From the IMG/VR virus record IMGVR_UViG_3300025138_000028: a stretch of 64,000 nucleotides of DNA. One strand, written 5' to 3'. This stretch comes from an uncultured virus (IMG/VR IMGVR_UViG_3300025138_000028). Lineage: Duplodnaviria; Heunggongvirae; Uroviricota; Caudoviricetes. The position numbers and the translations under genes are program-made. A model generated the notes under the pieces. The model was not told the origin of the DNA. It worked only from the letters and a program-made list of their open reading frames with translations, and made no database searches. Each line of letters starts with the position of its first letter. Position 1 is the stretch's first letter. This document shows, in pieces, positions 51,913-61,291 of the stretch.

Positions 51913-53658
51913 ATGGCGTTATTCTCACCATCAGAGTCTCCTGCTGTAGTTGTAAAAGAAGTTGATCTAACCAATGGCGTTGCCAATGTGCCCTCCTCAA
52001 CAGGGGCTTTAGTCGGCGATTTTAGTTGGGGTCCTTGTGATGAGCCAACTCTTGTAAACAACGAAGCAAAACTTGTGGGTACATTTGGAGCACCTACAAC
52101 ATCGAACACGACCGACTTTCATTCGGCATCTTACTATCTTAGATATTCAGACGATCTTTATATTGTCCGCGAATATACCGCATCGGCAAAAAATGCATAT
52201 GATTCCGACGCATCAAGCGTACCACTTGTAACTAATAGAAAAGATTGGGATAATCAAAATATTTCAACTGGAGCAGATTCACATACTTTCGTTGCAAAGT
52301 ATCCAGGAGAACTTGGAAGTTCTTTGATGATTTCTGTATCTGGTGCAGGTGATGCAGGATATTCTTCTTGGCCTTACAAAGCATTTTTTGATGGTCCACC
52401 ACAAACATCAGCTTGGGCAGCGAACTTAGATTCGCCAGCTGCAACTCAAATCAATAGCACTATAAAAGATGAAGCGCACGTTGTTGTTATTGATCAAGAC
52501 GGAAAATTCACGGGAACTCAAGGAACAATTCTTGAAACTTTCCCATATGTTTCCATGGCACCCGGTGCAAAGACTACTGACGGTACTTCTAGTCATATTC
52601 GAAGTGTAGTTAATAACGGTTCTAGATACGTTTGGATGGCAGGATTTGCAGGAAAGTTTGGCGCTGAAGCAGGTACAGCACTTACCACTACTAGTAACTA
52701 CACAACAGGATTTACAGCAGATGTTAATATCTCTCTTGTAGGAGGTGTAAATTCAGGAACACTCGGTACAGCAGATTATGCAACAGGATTTGATCACTTT
52801 GAAGATCCTAATGCATTATCTATAGATTTCATGATTGCGCCTGGTGTACCAAGTAGTGCAGATCAAACCACTATTGTTAATGATCTAGTATCAACTGCAC
52901 AATCGATTAGAAAAGATTGTATGGTAATCACTTCACCTAATAGATCAGCAGTAGTAGGAGCAGCAACTCCGGTTGCTACAACTTTAACTGCAGTCGCAGG
53001 ATTTACACGTAGTTCTTATCTTGCGGTAGATAATAATTATCTTAAAGTCTATGACAAATATAATGATCAGTATATTAGAATTCCAGCGGCATCTTCTACA
53101 GCTGGACTAATGGCAGCAACAGATAATAACTTTGCGCCTTGGTTCTCTCCCGCAGGAACTCGCAGAGGACAATATTTTGGCGTCACAAGCCTTGAGCATT
53201 CTCCTAACAAGTCAGAAAGAGACCAACTTTATCAAGCTGGAATCAATCCGATTTCTAATATTCCAGGTCAAGGAATTTTGTTGTATGGTGATAAGACTCA
53301 CCTCGCAAGACCTTCCGCATTTGATCGAATTAATGTTAGAAGATTGTTCCTTGTACTTGAAAGAGCAATTTCTGCCGCAGCGCAAAACATTCTATTTGAA
53401 TTTAATGATGAATTTACGAGAGCCGAATTTGTTAATGTTATCGAACCTCTTCTGAGGGACGTGAAAGGTAGACGTGGTATTACAGACTTTAAACTTGTCT
53501 GTGATGAAACTAATAACACACCTTTGATAATCGATACAAACCAATTTATCGCAACTCTATTCATTAAACCAGCAAGATCCATCAACTTTATTACTCTTAA
53601 CTTTACAGCAGTTCGTACTGGTGTAGCGTTTGAGGAAGTTGTTGGAACATTGTCATAA
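51913..53658 (+). CDS. gp18: Tail sheath protein gp18
   Basis: SPAVVVKEVDLT, FSWGP, PWFSPAGTRRG, FDRINVRRLF and FIKPARSINFI; ATG 51913 follows AGGA. Confidence 0.96.
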   Translation: MALFSPSESPAVVVKEVDLTNGVANVPSSTGALVGDFSWGPCDEPTLVNNEAKLVGTFGAPTTSNTTDFHSASYYLRYSDDLYIVREYTASAKNAYDSDASSVPLVTNRKDWDNQNISTGADSHTFVAKYPGELGSSLMISVSGAGDAGYSSWPYKAFFDGPPQTSAWAANLDSPAATQINSTIKDEAHVVVIDQDGKFTGTQGTILETFPYVSMAPGAKTTDGTSSHIRSVVNNGSRYVWMAGFAGKFGAEAGTALTTTSNYTTGFTADVNISLVGGVNSGTLGTADYATGFDHFEDPNALSIDFMIAPGVPSSADQTTIVNDLVSTAQSIRKDCMVITSPNRSAVVGAATPVATTLTAVAGFTRSSYLAVDNNYLKVYDKYNDQYIRIPAASSTAGLMAATDNNFAPWFSPAGTRRGQYFGVTSLEHSPNKSERDQLYQAGINPISNIPGQGILLYGDKTHLARPSAFDRINVRRLFLVLERAISAAAQNILFEFNDEFTRAEFVNVIEPLLRDVKGRRGITDFKLVCDETNNTPLIIDTNQFIATLFIKPARSINFITLNFTAVRTGVAFEEVVGTLS

Positions 53659-53679
53659 GAGAGTATAGGAGATAAAAAA

Positions 53680-54207
53680 ATGGCTATCTTAGGCGTAGAC
53701 GATTTTAAAGCAAAACTAAGAGGTGGGGGCGCCCGCGCCAATCTCTTTAAAGCGACTATCAACTTTCCAGACTATGCTGCTGGTGACGTTGAACTAACAT
53801 CTTTCATGTGTAGATCGGGACAACTACCTTCGTCCACAGTCTCACCTATTGCTGTACCATTTAGAGGTCGAGTACTTCAAATGGCGGGTGATAGATCATT
53901 TGAGCCTTGGTCAGTAACTATCATCAATGATACTGACTTTGGCACAAGAAACGCTTTAGAGCGTTGGTCAAATGGTATGAATTCTCATAGTGCAAATACA
54001 GGTATTGTTAATCCTTCACTGTATCAAGCTGATCTTTTCATTGAACAACTAGATAGAGATGGTACTCCTATAAAGAAATATAATTTCCGAGGATGCTTCC
54101 CTACAACTGTGGGTTCTATTGAAATGGCTTATGACGCAAACGATCAGATTGAAGAATTTAGTTGCGAATTTGCAATTCAATACTGGGAAAGTGATACCAC
54201 TAACTAG
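53680..54207 (+). CDS. gp19: Tail tube protein gp19
   Basis: GGARANLF, PFRGRVLQMAGDRSFEPWSVTIIND and QLDRDG. Confidence 0.95.
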   Translation: MAILGVDDFKAKLRGGGARANLFKATINFPDYAAGDVELTSFMCRSGQLPSSTVSPIAVPFRGRVLQMAGDRSFEPWSVTIINDTDFGTRNALERWSNGMNSHSANTGIVNPSLYQADLFIEQLDRDGTPIKKYNFRGCFPTTVGSIEMAYDANDQIEEFSCEFAIQYWESDTTN

Positions 54208-54209
54208 TG

Positions 54210-54217
54210 TATAAATA
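54210..54217 (+). promoter_or_regulatory. T4-type late promoter TATAAATA
   Basis: Exact consensus between gp19 and gp20. Confidence 0.8.
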
Positions 54218-54228
54218 CTATTTGAAAA

Positions 54229-54252
54229 GGTGAGGGGCTTCGGCTCCTCACC
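54229..54252 (+). other. Stable cUUCGg hairpin in the gp20 leader
   Basis: GGTGAGGGGC-TTCG-GCTCCTCACC, a 10-bp stem with one G:U pair; no U-tract follows on the + strand. Confidence 0.8.
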
Positions 54253-54276
54253 AAATTATAATTATTAGGAAAACAT

Positions 54277-55809
54277 ATGGCTGACAATACTCTAAAACTT
54301 TTTGGTTTTGAATTTAAAAGAACCAAAAAAGATGAAGGACAAGAAAAACTAAAATCTGTAATTGCTCCAAAGAGCGATGACGGAGCAGGTTATATTACTG
54401 CATCTGGAAGCCATTTTGGACAATATATTGATATTGATGGAGATAACGCAAAAGATAATGTTACTCTTATTCAAAAATACCGAGGCATATCGATACATCC
54501 TGAAGTCGATATGGCTATTGAGGACATAGTAAACGAAGCAATTGTAAATAATGGCGATGATGATACTATAAAATTGAATACGGATGAAATAGAAGCGCCT
54601 GATAATATTAAAAAGCAAATCCAAGAAGAATTTAAGCATGTTCTTTCGTTATTTGATGCAACAGAACATGCACACGACTTATTTAAAAGATGGTATATTG
54701 ATGGTAGAATTTATCATCATATTCTAGTAGACGAAAATAACGAAAAGGCTGGAATACAAGAATTGAGATTCATAGACTCGATTAAGATAAGAAAAGTAAA
54801 GGAAGTCAAGACTAAAAAAGATCAAGAAACTAATGCTGATATAATCGACACAGTAAAAGAATATTTTATATATCAAGATAAAGTAGGTAAAACTTCTCCT
54901 GGAGCAATGACCACAAAAGGTATAAAATTTAGTACAGATGCTATTAGTTATGTGACAAGTGGCCTTTTAGATGAAACGAGAAAAAAAGTTGTTTCTCATT
55001 TACATAAATGTATTAAGCCTGTCAATCAATTAAGAATGATGGAAGACTCTCTGGTTATTTACAGATTGAGTCGTGCGCCAGAACGTAGAATTTTTTATGT
55101 TGATGTTGGTAACTTACCAAAAGGTAAAGCAGAAGAATACATGAAAAATATTATGACCAAATATCGTAACAAACTAGTTTACGATGCTAGTACTGGTGAA
55201 TTGCGTGATGATCGTAAACATATGTCAATGCTTGAAGATTTTTGGTTGCCACGCAGAGAGGGTGGTAGAGGAACTGAAGTAACAACACTTCCAGGCGGTG
55301 ATAATTTAGGTCAGATTGATGATATTATTTATTTTCAAAAACGTCTTTATCGTGCATTGAATGTACCTCTCAATAGACTAGAGCAAGAATCTCAGTTTTC
55401 TATGGGCAGAGGAAATGAAGTAAGCAGAGAAGAAATAAAATTTCAAAAATTTATTGATAGATTGCGTAAAAAGTTTGGCATGGTATTTTTGAATGTACTT
55501 CAAAAGCAATTGATTTTAAAAAGAATTTGTACTCAAGATGATTGGGATGAGTGGAAAACAGAAATTAAAATTGATTATGCGAGAGACAATTATTTTGCTG
55601 AATTAAAAGATTCTGAAATATTGCGTGAAAGATTACAAACTTTAGAACTAATGACACAATATGTAGGAGATTATTTCTCAAAGACATTTATTTTGAAAAA
55701 TGTTTTAAAGTATAATGAAGATGAAATAGATGATATGAAAAAAGAGATAGAACAGGAAATAAAAGATGGTGATATTCCTGACCCGAATGATAATGAGGAA
55801 GAAAATTAA
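54277..55809 (+). CDS. gp20: Portal vertex protein gp20
   Basis: WYIDGRIY, NQLRMMEDSLVIYRLSRAPERRIFYVDVGNLP and EDFWLPRREGGRGTEVTTLPGG. Confidence 0.97.
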   Translation: MADNTLKLFGFEFKRTKKDEGQEKLKSVIAPKSDDGAGYITASGSHFGQYIDIDGDNAKDNVTLIQKYRGISIHPEVDMAIEDIVNEAIVNNGDDDTIKLNTDEIEAPDNIKKQIQEEFKHVLSLFDATEHAHDLFKRWYIDGRIYHHILVDENNEKAGIQELRFIDSIKIRKVKEVKTKKDQETNADIIDTVKEYFIYQDKVGKTSPGAMTTKGIKFSTDAISYVTSGLLDETRKKVVSHLHKCIKPVNQLRMMEDSLVIYRLSRAPERRIFYVDVGNLPKGKAEEYMKNIMTKYRNKLVYDASTGELRDDRKHMSMLEDFWLPRREGGRGTEVTTLPGGDNLGQIDDIIYFQKRLYRALNVPLNRLEQESQFSMGRGNEVSREEIKFQKFIDRLRKKFGMVFLNVLQKQLILKRICTQDDWDEWKTEIKIDYARDNYFAELKDSEILRERLQTLELMTQYVGDYFSKTFILKNVLKYNEDEIDDMKKEIEQEIKDGDIPDPNDNEEEN

Positions 55810-55821
55810 AGGATATAGGCC

Positions 55822-58800
55822 ATGAGAGATATTCTTAATTATATAGCCTATCCTAGCGGACAGTCTTTCACTACAGATTTAAGAGATAATATTAGCTTAA
55901 CTTTTCCTTCTGGAACAACTAATATTTCTGTATCTATTGAACTAGAATTTGATACATTCTATAATCTATTTCGTGCATGGAAACCTGTAGAAGTAAATGG
56001 TGTAAATGTAGAAAATAGTTATCCTTTCTTCAAAAGTGGATTATTTCTTTGGGAAATAACAACTGATTTAGTAATTTCTCCTAATACAACATCTTTTGTA
56101 ATACAAACTTATGGTACTCAAAATGCTGCCGCACTAGGATCTGAGATTTGGACTATAGTAGGTCAACCTACATATACCAATCTAACATATAATATTGAAG
56201 GTACTGTAGTTGATAATATAGTTGACAGTGGATCTCAGACTGTAACAGAACAAAGTCAAGATAGCTTCTATATTCCTCCAGTATCCCAATCTTTTGATTC
56301 TGGTGTTATAGGATCATTTGGCTCTCTTGTTGCGGATAGTGCCACACTTTCTGCATTATTCTCAATAGCGGGTAGTGTTACTAATCTTGTTACAGATAGT
56401 GCTAAGATTAATTTTATTAGCGGAAAAGGATTGATTTATGATTCTGGTATTATAAATCAATTCCATTCTGAAAGTGCTACTATTATTAATCTAGAAACTA
56501 ATACAATCAACAACATTACTCTAACTTCAAATAAAGCTAATATTGTAGAAGCAACAGGATTGACTTCTAGATTTCATCAACATATAAGCGATAAAATAAC
56601 ACTTGATAAGTCTATAAGAGTAGGTCGATATTTTCTAGATGCTGGAATATATGATAGCTTCAATGGAAGGGCTATTGGTGCTAACTTAGATGCTTTAGTT
56701 GCAGATAATTTTGGAGGTTTTTATTATTTAAAAGATGACTCCCAAGAAGCACATTTAAAATATGATGAAGTCGATAAGAAGTGGTCATTTTATCCAAATT
56801 TATTATTGAACGATATTGATAGTGATGGCATCAGAGACAGTGAAGTTATAGATAAAACGCCTTTAGGTAAAGGTGAAACAGGACAATTTTTATTTTACTC
56901 AGATAATGAATATGGTTGGGATTATCCTGTTTTAGAAGGAAAATATGCTTATGATAGTTTTGACCTTAATAAGCAGTTAAATAGAATACCTGATCCAATA
57001 GGACTTATAAAAGAAAAAGAAATGACTAAGTACTCATATTTTAGTCATAGTTACAAAACATTTAATCAGTTTGATGCTTCACATTCGGATTATACTAATC
57101 TAAATAAGTCAACTCAAAATAATTTTTATCCTAATGTTAATAGTTATGTAAACTACGTTGACGCTACAAAATCTTTTGACACAATCAATATAGACAGCCA
57201 CAGAACTGCTACGGATTCAGAAGATATATACTTGAAGAATAGTTTTAATGGAGTTTTATCTCCTAAATCTAGTAATAGATTCACACTATCAGCCAAAGTA
57301 TCTGCTACAGATAGCTTCAATCAAGCAGGTGCAATAGTTCTTATTGGAGCACATGTTGAAGATGCCGGTAAAGATCATACTTTGTCTTTAGTGAGAACCG
57401 TAAGTTCCAGTTATCCTTCAGGTCTAGATTCAGATCAGGTTGCGGTAGGCGACTCTTATAATTTATTTTCTTATGGCATATATTATAATTATTATCAGAG
57501 CGACCAAGTTTTAATAGGTAGAGAGCAAGAACCTGGTGTAATATCTAATCTTAATAGAAGTTGGGAAAATACTGGCTATTCTAAACTTTTTATTGAAAAG
57601 AATGAAAAATATATTAAATTTATGGCTTCTGACTGGAACGATAGTGTTCCATTAGCAGAGCATATAGTTTCGTTTAATTTTGACGATCAAAATGCAACTT
57701 GGTCAGATTTAGTAGACCTTAGCATTTTTAATGAGGAAGTAGGACATGGGTTCGGCTTTCATCATGTATCAAATGCAAAAATAACAGATATAAGATATAG
57801 ATCCGCAAACGATGCTGAATTTGGTACAGACGAAAATACTGTAATCGATTTATACAATAGAAATACTCACCTGTGGTACGATAGTTTCAAAGCTGCAGCT
57901 TTTGGTAAAACTAGAGGATATCATAAAGTTGACGTTGACTCTTTTGGCGTCAACATTATGAAAAAAAATATACCAGAAGGTAGATTTTATTGGAATAGAT
58001 ATTTAGATAAAGTTTGGTGGCAATCTGGAACAGGTGCAGACAATACATTTATGTTAAGTAATATTCTTGATGATACTAAACTACCTTTAGGGGAATATTT
58101 AGAAATTACAGCTGGTTCTACTACACCAGCACAAAACAGGCGTTTAGTTAAAAATCGAGTGCCGTTGCAAAGAATAAATTCTAATTTTGGCGTAACTCAA
58201 AGCGGAATAACAGTTAGCGTATTTCAAATGTCAGAAGATCCAGATGAAGAATCTGCATTAATTTCTACGGATAATTATTCTACTTACTTTAATACTACAA
58301 ATTCTAATGCATTTGCAGCGAAGTTAAACAGTTTAAGAACAGGCGGAGAAAGAGTTGTTGTTTTAACTTCTTATGGAAATTGGTGGACAGATAATACAAC
58401 CGTTAGAGATGCCGCAAAGGCTCAAGGATTAAGTAAACTTTGGGCAACTTGCGGAGGACCAGAGTCTCTTGCTAATCAACCATATGCTGCCATATACATG
58501 ACTGGAACAACTCAAAAAGTATATGAAACGACAGAAACTAATAATGGAACAATATCTCCTACAATATATTCCATTCTAAGGGACGGTGAATTTTTTGTAT
58601 TGAACGGAACTGCAAATGTAAGCGCAAATTTATCTGGGCCTCATGGAAATATAGAAGCTGAAATTGACGGAAACAATCGACTTACACTAACTAATGGAAT
58701 AATTACAAGTTTAGGAACTCCTAAAAATCTTGTAGACTTAGACTATGATGAACCCACAGATAGAAATAATAATATTTTAATACAGTCTCATAGTTCTATT

Positions 58801-60153
58801 CATAATCTCATAGATGCTTCGGATTCTGGAACAGATAATCATTGGTCTATTCAGAAAAATTTGGATCCATATAATGATACTGTTAGTAATACTACAGGAA
58901 TATTCAAAGTATCTGAAAATGGTGATGTTGATATTACAGGATCACTCACTACAATAACAACAGACAATATGATTGAAGGTACAAATAATATATTTTTCAC
59001 TGATAGTAGAGCGATAGCGGCATTATCAGTTATTAACGACTCTCCAACAGGCGGTGTTGCTACACTAGCTTATAACGATAGCGGAGTCTTTACTTTTACG
59101 CCAGCAGCAACATTATCAGTTATTAACGACTCTCCAACAGGTAGTGTTGCTACACTAGCTTACAACGATAGCGGAATCTTTACTTTTACACCGGCATTTC
59201 TAGGAACTGTGAGTTTGGGTGGAACAGCTCCAATTTTACCTGCAGACGGCACTGCTTGGTTTGATGATGTTACAACTGGAGAAATGTTTGTATATAGTGA
59301 TAGTGCATCAAATTGGATACAAGTTACTGGATCGATCACTTCTTTTTCAGCTATAAGTGGAACACCACCGACTGCACCTTTAGATGGTACTTTTTGGTTT
59401 GACGATGTAACAGACGGAGAACTGTTCATTTATAGTGATAGCGCGTCAAATTGGATACAAGTTACTGGATCGATCACTTCTTTTTCAACAATAGGCGCAA
59501 CGCCTCCAGCTGCACCTTTAAATGGTACTTTTTGGTTTGATGATAGCGCAACTGGAGAACTATTTATTTATAGTAATGAGGCATCAAATTGGATACAGGT
59601 TACTGGTGTAGTCGCTAATGTAGCATTTTCTAATTTAACAAGTACTCCAACTACCTTAGCAGGCTATGGAATTACTGATGCTGCAAGTTCATCAAGTGCA
59701 TCAGTTCCTGCCGGCACAGTAATTTATCACGCAGCTAATACTGCCCCTACGAATTTCATAAAAGCTAATGGTGCTGCTATATCAAGAACAACTTATGCTG
59801 ATTTGTTTGCAGCTATTGGAACGACATTTGGTACAGGTGATGGGTCTACTACATTTAATGTCCCAGACCTTCGTGGTGAGTTTATGCGGGGCTGGGATGA
59901 CACACGTGGTATTGATGGTAGCAGGGCATTTGGTTCGACGCAAGCTGATCAGATGGAGCAGCACAATCACATTCAATCAAACTACTCACTTCACCAAGGA
60001 TTCGGTGGCGGGACTGGCGGCGTAGTTGTTCGAAGCCCTGCAGACGTCCAGTACGGCAATCTTTCCACCATTTTGGGCAATAGGGGCGGCACAAGCAACA
60101 GCAGCGAGAATCGACCCCGCAACGTAGCATTGTTGGCTTGCATTAAATATTAA
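55822..60153 (+). CDS. Large fibre protein, DS-rich, with C-terminal phage tail collar domain
   Basis: Internal 30-aa and 46-aa repeats; VPAGTVIY...NGAAISRTTYADLFAAIGT...FNVPDLRGEF...RPRNVALLACIKY. Confidence 0.8.
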   Translation: MRDILNYIAYPSGQSFTTDLRDNISLTFPSGTTNISVSIELEFDTFYNLFRAWKPVEVNGVNVENSYPFFKSGLFLWEITTDLVISPNTTSFVIQTYGTQNAAALGSEIWTIVGQPTYTNLTYNIEGTVVDNIVDSGSQTVTEQSQDSFYIPPVSQSFDSGVIGSFGSLVADSATLSALFSIAGSVTNLVTDSAKINFISGKGLIYDSGIINQFHSESATIINLETNTINNITLTSNKANIVEATGLTSRFHQHISDKITLDKSIRVGRYFLDAGIYDSFNGRAIGANLDALVADNFGGFYYLKDDSQEAHLKYDEVDKKWSFYPNLLLNDIDSDGIRDSEVIDKTPLGKGETGQFLFYSDNEYGWDYPVLEGKYAYDSFDLNKQLNRIPDPIGLIKEKEMTKYSYFSHSYKTFNQFDASHSDYTNLNKSTQNNFYPNVNSYVNYVDATKSFDTINIDSHRTATDSEDIYLKNSFNGVLSPKSSNRFTLSAKVSATDSFNQAGAIVLIGAHVEDAGKDHTLSLVRTVSSSYPSGLDSDQVAVGDSYNLFSYGIYYNYYQSDQVLIGREQEPGVISNLNRSWENTGYSKLFIEKNEKYIKFMASDWNDSVPLAEHIVSFNFDDQNATWSDLVDLSIFNEEVGHGFGFHHVSNAKITDIRYRSANDAEFGTDENTVIDLYNRNTHLWYDSFKAAAFGKTRGYHKVDVDSFGVNIMKKNIPEGRFYWNRYLDKVWWQSGTGADNTFMLSNILDDTKLPLGEYLEITAGSTTPAQNRRLVKNRVPLQRINSNFGVTQSGITVSVFQMSEDPDEESALISTDNYSTYFNTTNSNAFAAKLNSLRTGGERVVVLTSYGNWWTDNTTVRDAAKAQGLSKLWATCGGPESLANQPYAAIYMTGTTQKVYETTETNNGTISPTIYSILRDGEFFVLNGTANVSANLSGPHGNIEAEIDGNNRLTLTNGIITSLGTPKNLVDLDYDEPTDRNNNILIQSHSSIHNLIDASDSGTDNHWSIQKNLDPYNDTVSNTTGIFKVSENGDVDITGSLTTITTDNMIEGTNNIFFTDSRAIAALSVINDSPTGGVATLAYNDSGVFTFTPAATLSVINDSPTGSVATLAYNDSGIFTFTPAFLGTVSLGGTAPILPADGTAWFDDVTTGEMFVYSDSASNWIQVTGSITSFSAISGTPPTAPLDGTFWFDDVTDGELFIYSDSASNWIQVTGSITSFSTIGATPPAAPLNGTFWFDDSATGELFIYSNEASNWIQVTGVVANVAFSNLTSTPTTLAGYGITDAASSSSASVPAGTVIYHAANTAPTNFIKANGAAISRTTYADLFAAIGTTFGTGDGSTTFNVPDLRGEFMRGWDDTRGIDGSRAFGSTQADQMEQHNHIQSNYSLHQGFGGGTGGVVVRSPADVQYGNLSTILGNRGGTSNSSENRPRNVALLACIKY
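59021..59607 (+). repeat. 2 x 90-bp and 3 x 138-bp tandem repeats
   Basis: LSVINDSPTGxVATLAYNDSGxFTFTPA twice; P.xP.xGTxWFDD..TGE.F.YS..ASNWIQVTG three times. Confidence 0.88.
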
Positions 60154-60165
60154 GGAGACACATGT

Positions 60166-60561
60166 ATGAACGTATATCAAACTGACATTAATGGTGTCTA
60201 CTTAGGCACAACAACAGCAGACCAAGACCCTTTAGATAACACTAATTGGCTCATTCCAGCAGGTTGTGTAGAGACTGCACCTCCAACAATAACCGACAGC
60301 CAGCTTGCAAAATGGGGTGGTACAGAGTGGGTTGTAGAAGATATTCCTACTGTGGAGCCTGACCCAGAACCTGAGCCTATCGCACCAGAAGTTTCAGCCC
60401 GTAGAAAACGTGACGGACTATTGATGACCTCAGATTGGACACAAGTTAATGACTCTCCTGTAGATAAGTCTGCATGGGCAACATATAGACAACTTTTACG
60501 AGAGGTACCAAGTCAAGCAGAATTCCCAAACACAATTGTATGGCCTACTAAACCCGTATAG
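60166..60561 (+). CDS. Tail fibre assembly chaperone
   Basis: LIPAGCVETAPP; RRKRDGLLMTSDWTQ..D...WATYRQLLREVP.Q..FP..IVWP.KP. Confidence 0.8.
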   Translation: MNVYQTDINGVYLGTTTADQDPLDNTNWLIPAGCVETAPPTITDSQLAKWGGTEWVVEDIPTVEPDPEPEPIAPEVSARRKRDGLLMTSDWTQVNDSPVDKSAWATYRQLLREVPSQAEFPNTIVWPTKPV

Positions 60562-60587
60562 AGTATGCATAATCAGGAGAAAAAAGA

Positions 60588-61283
60588 ATGCCATATCCAT
60601 TAAACCCGACAACTGGTGATGAATATATTTTAGGATCAAAAACTTGGAAATACAATGGTTCGCGCTGGGTAAAATTAGGACTTTCACAAACTGTATCTGC
60701 AGATGTAGCATTCTCCGATTTAACAAGTAAGCCTTCTACATTAGCTGGCTATGGAATTACAGATGGGGCAACATCAGTTCCAGCTGGTATGATTATGCCT
60801 CACACTACCGCAACCGAGCCAGCGGGTTGGCTTGAATGTGATGGCGCCGCTGTTAGTCGCAGCACTTACTCCGCTTTGTTTGCAGTTATATCAGATGATT
60901 ATGGCGCAGGAGACGGGTCAACAACTTTTAACTTGCCAGATCTCAGAGGAGAATTTATCAGAGGTTTCGCAAACAGCTCCGCTAACGATGCAGACAGGGC
61001 GGGCCGTACCAATCGTGGAGATGGCACTACAGGCGATGTAGTTGGTTCTAAACAGTCCGATGCTATTCGTAATATGACAGGTGCTTACGGTTCAATTGTT
61101 GGTTGGCACACTAGCAGTTACTCAGTTAGCGGTGTATATTTTACAGGCTCATCGGGTAGTTACATAACTAATGGGTCATATGGTTCTGGTGGACACGTTC
61201 ACTTTAACGCTAGTAGACAGGTTCCTACAGGCTCGGATAATAGACCTACTAACGTACAAATGATGTACTGCATTAAAATATAG
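60588..61283 (+). CDS. Short fibre protein with tail collar domain
   Basis: MPYPLNPTTGD..., VPAGMIMP...GWLECDGAAVSRSTYSALF...FNLPDLRGEFIRG...RPTNVQMMYCIK. Confidence 0.85.
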   Translation: MPYPLNPTTGDEYILGSKTWKYNGSRWVKLGLSQTVSADVAFSDLTSKPSTLAGYGITDGATSVPAGMIMPHTTATEPAGWLECDGAAVSRSTYSALFAVISDDYGAGDGSTTFNLPDLRGEFIRGFANSSANDADRAGRTNRGDGTTGDVVGSKQSDAIRNMTGAYGSIVGWHTSSYSVSGVYFTGSSGSYITNGSYGSGGHVHFNASRQVPTGSDNRPTNVQMMYCIKI

Positions 61284-61291
61284 GAAATATA

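Noticed and set aside
53298..53762. 154-aa minus-strand ORF across gp18/gp19, and other short alternative-frame ORFs in the track
   Set aside because: They overlap highly conserved structural genes and have no independent coding signal.
50213..55809. Introns, inteins or homing endonucleases in terminase, sheath or portal genes
   Set aside because: The genes are continuous and of ordinary length; no intein or LAGLIDADG/HNH/GIY-YIG motifs were seen.
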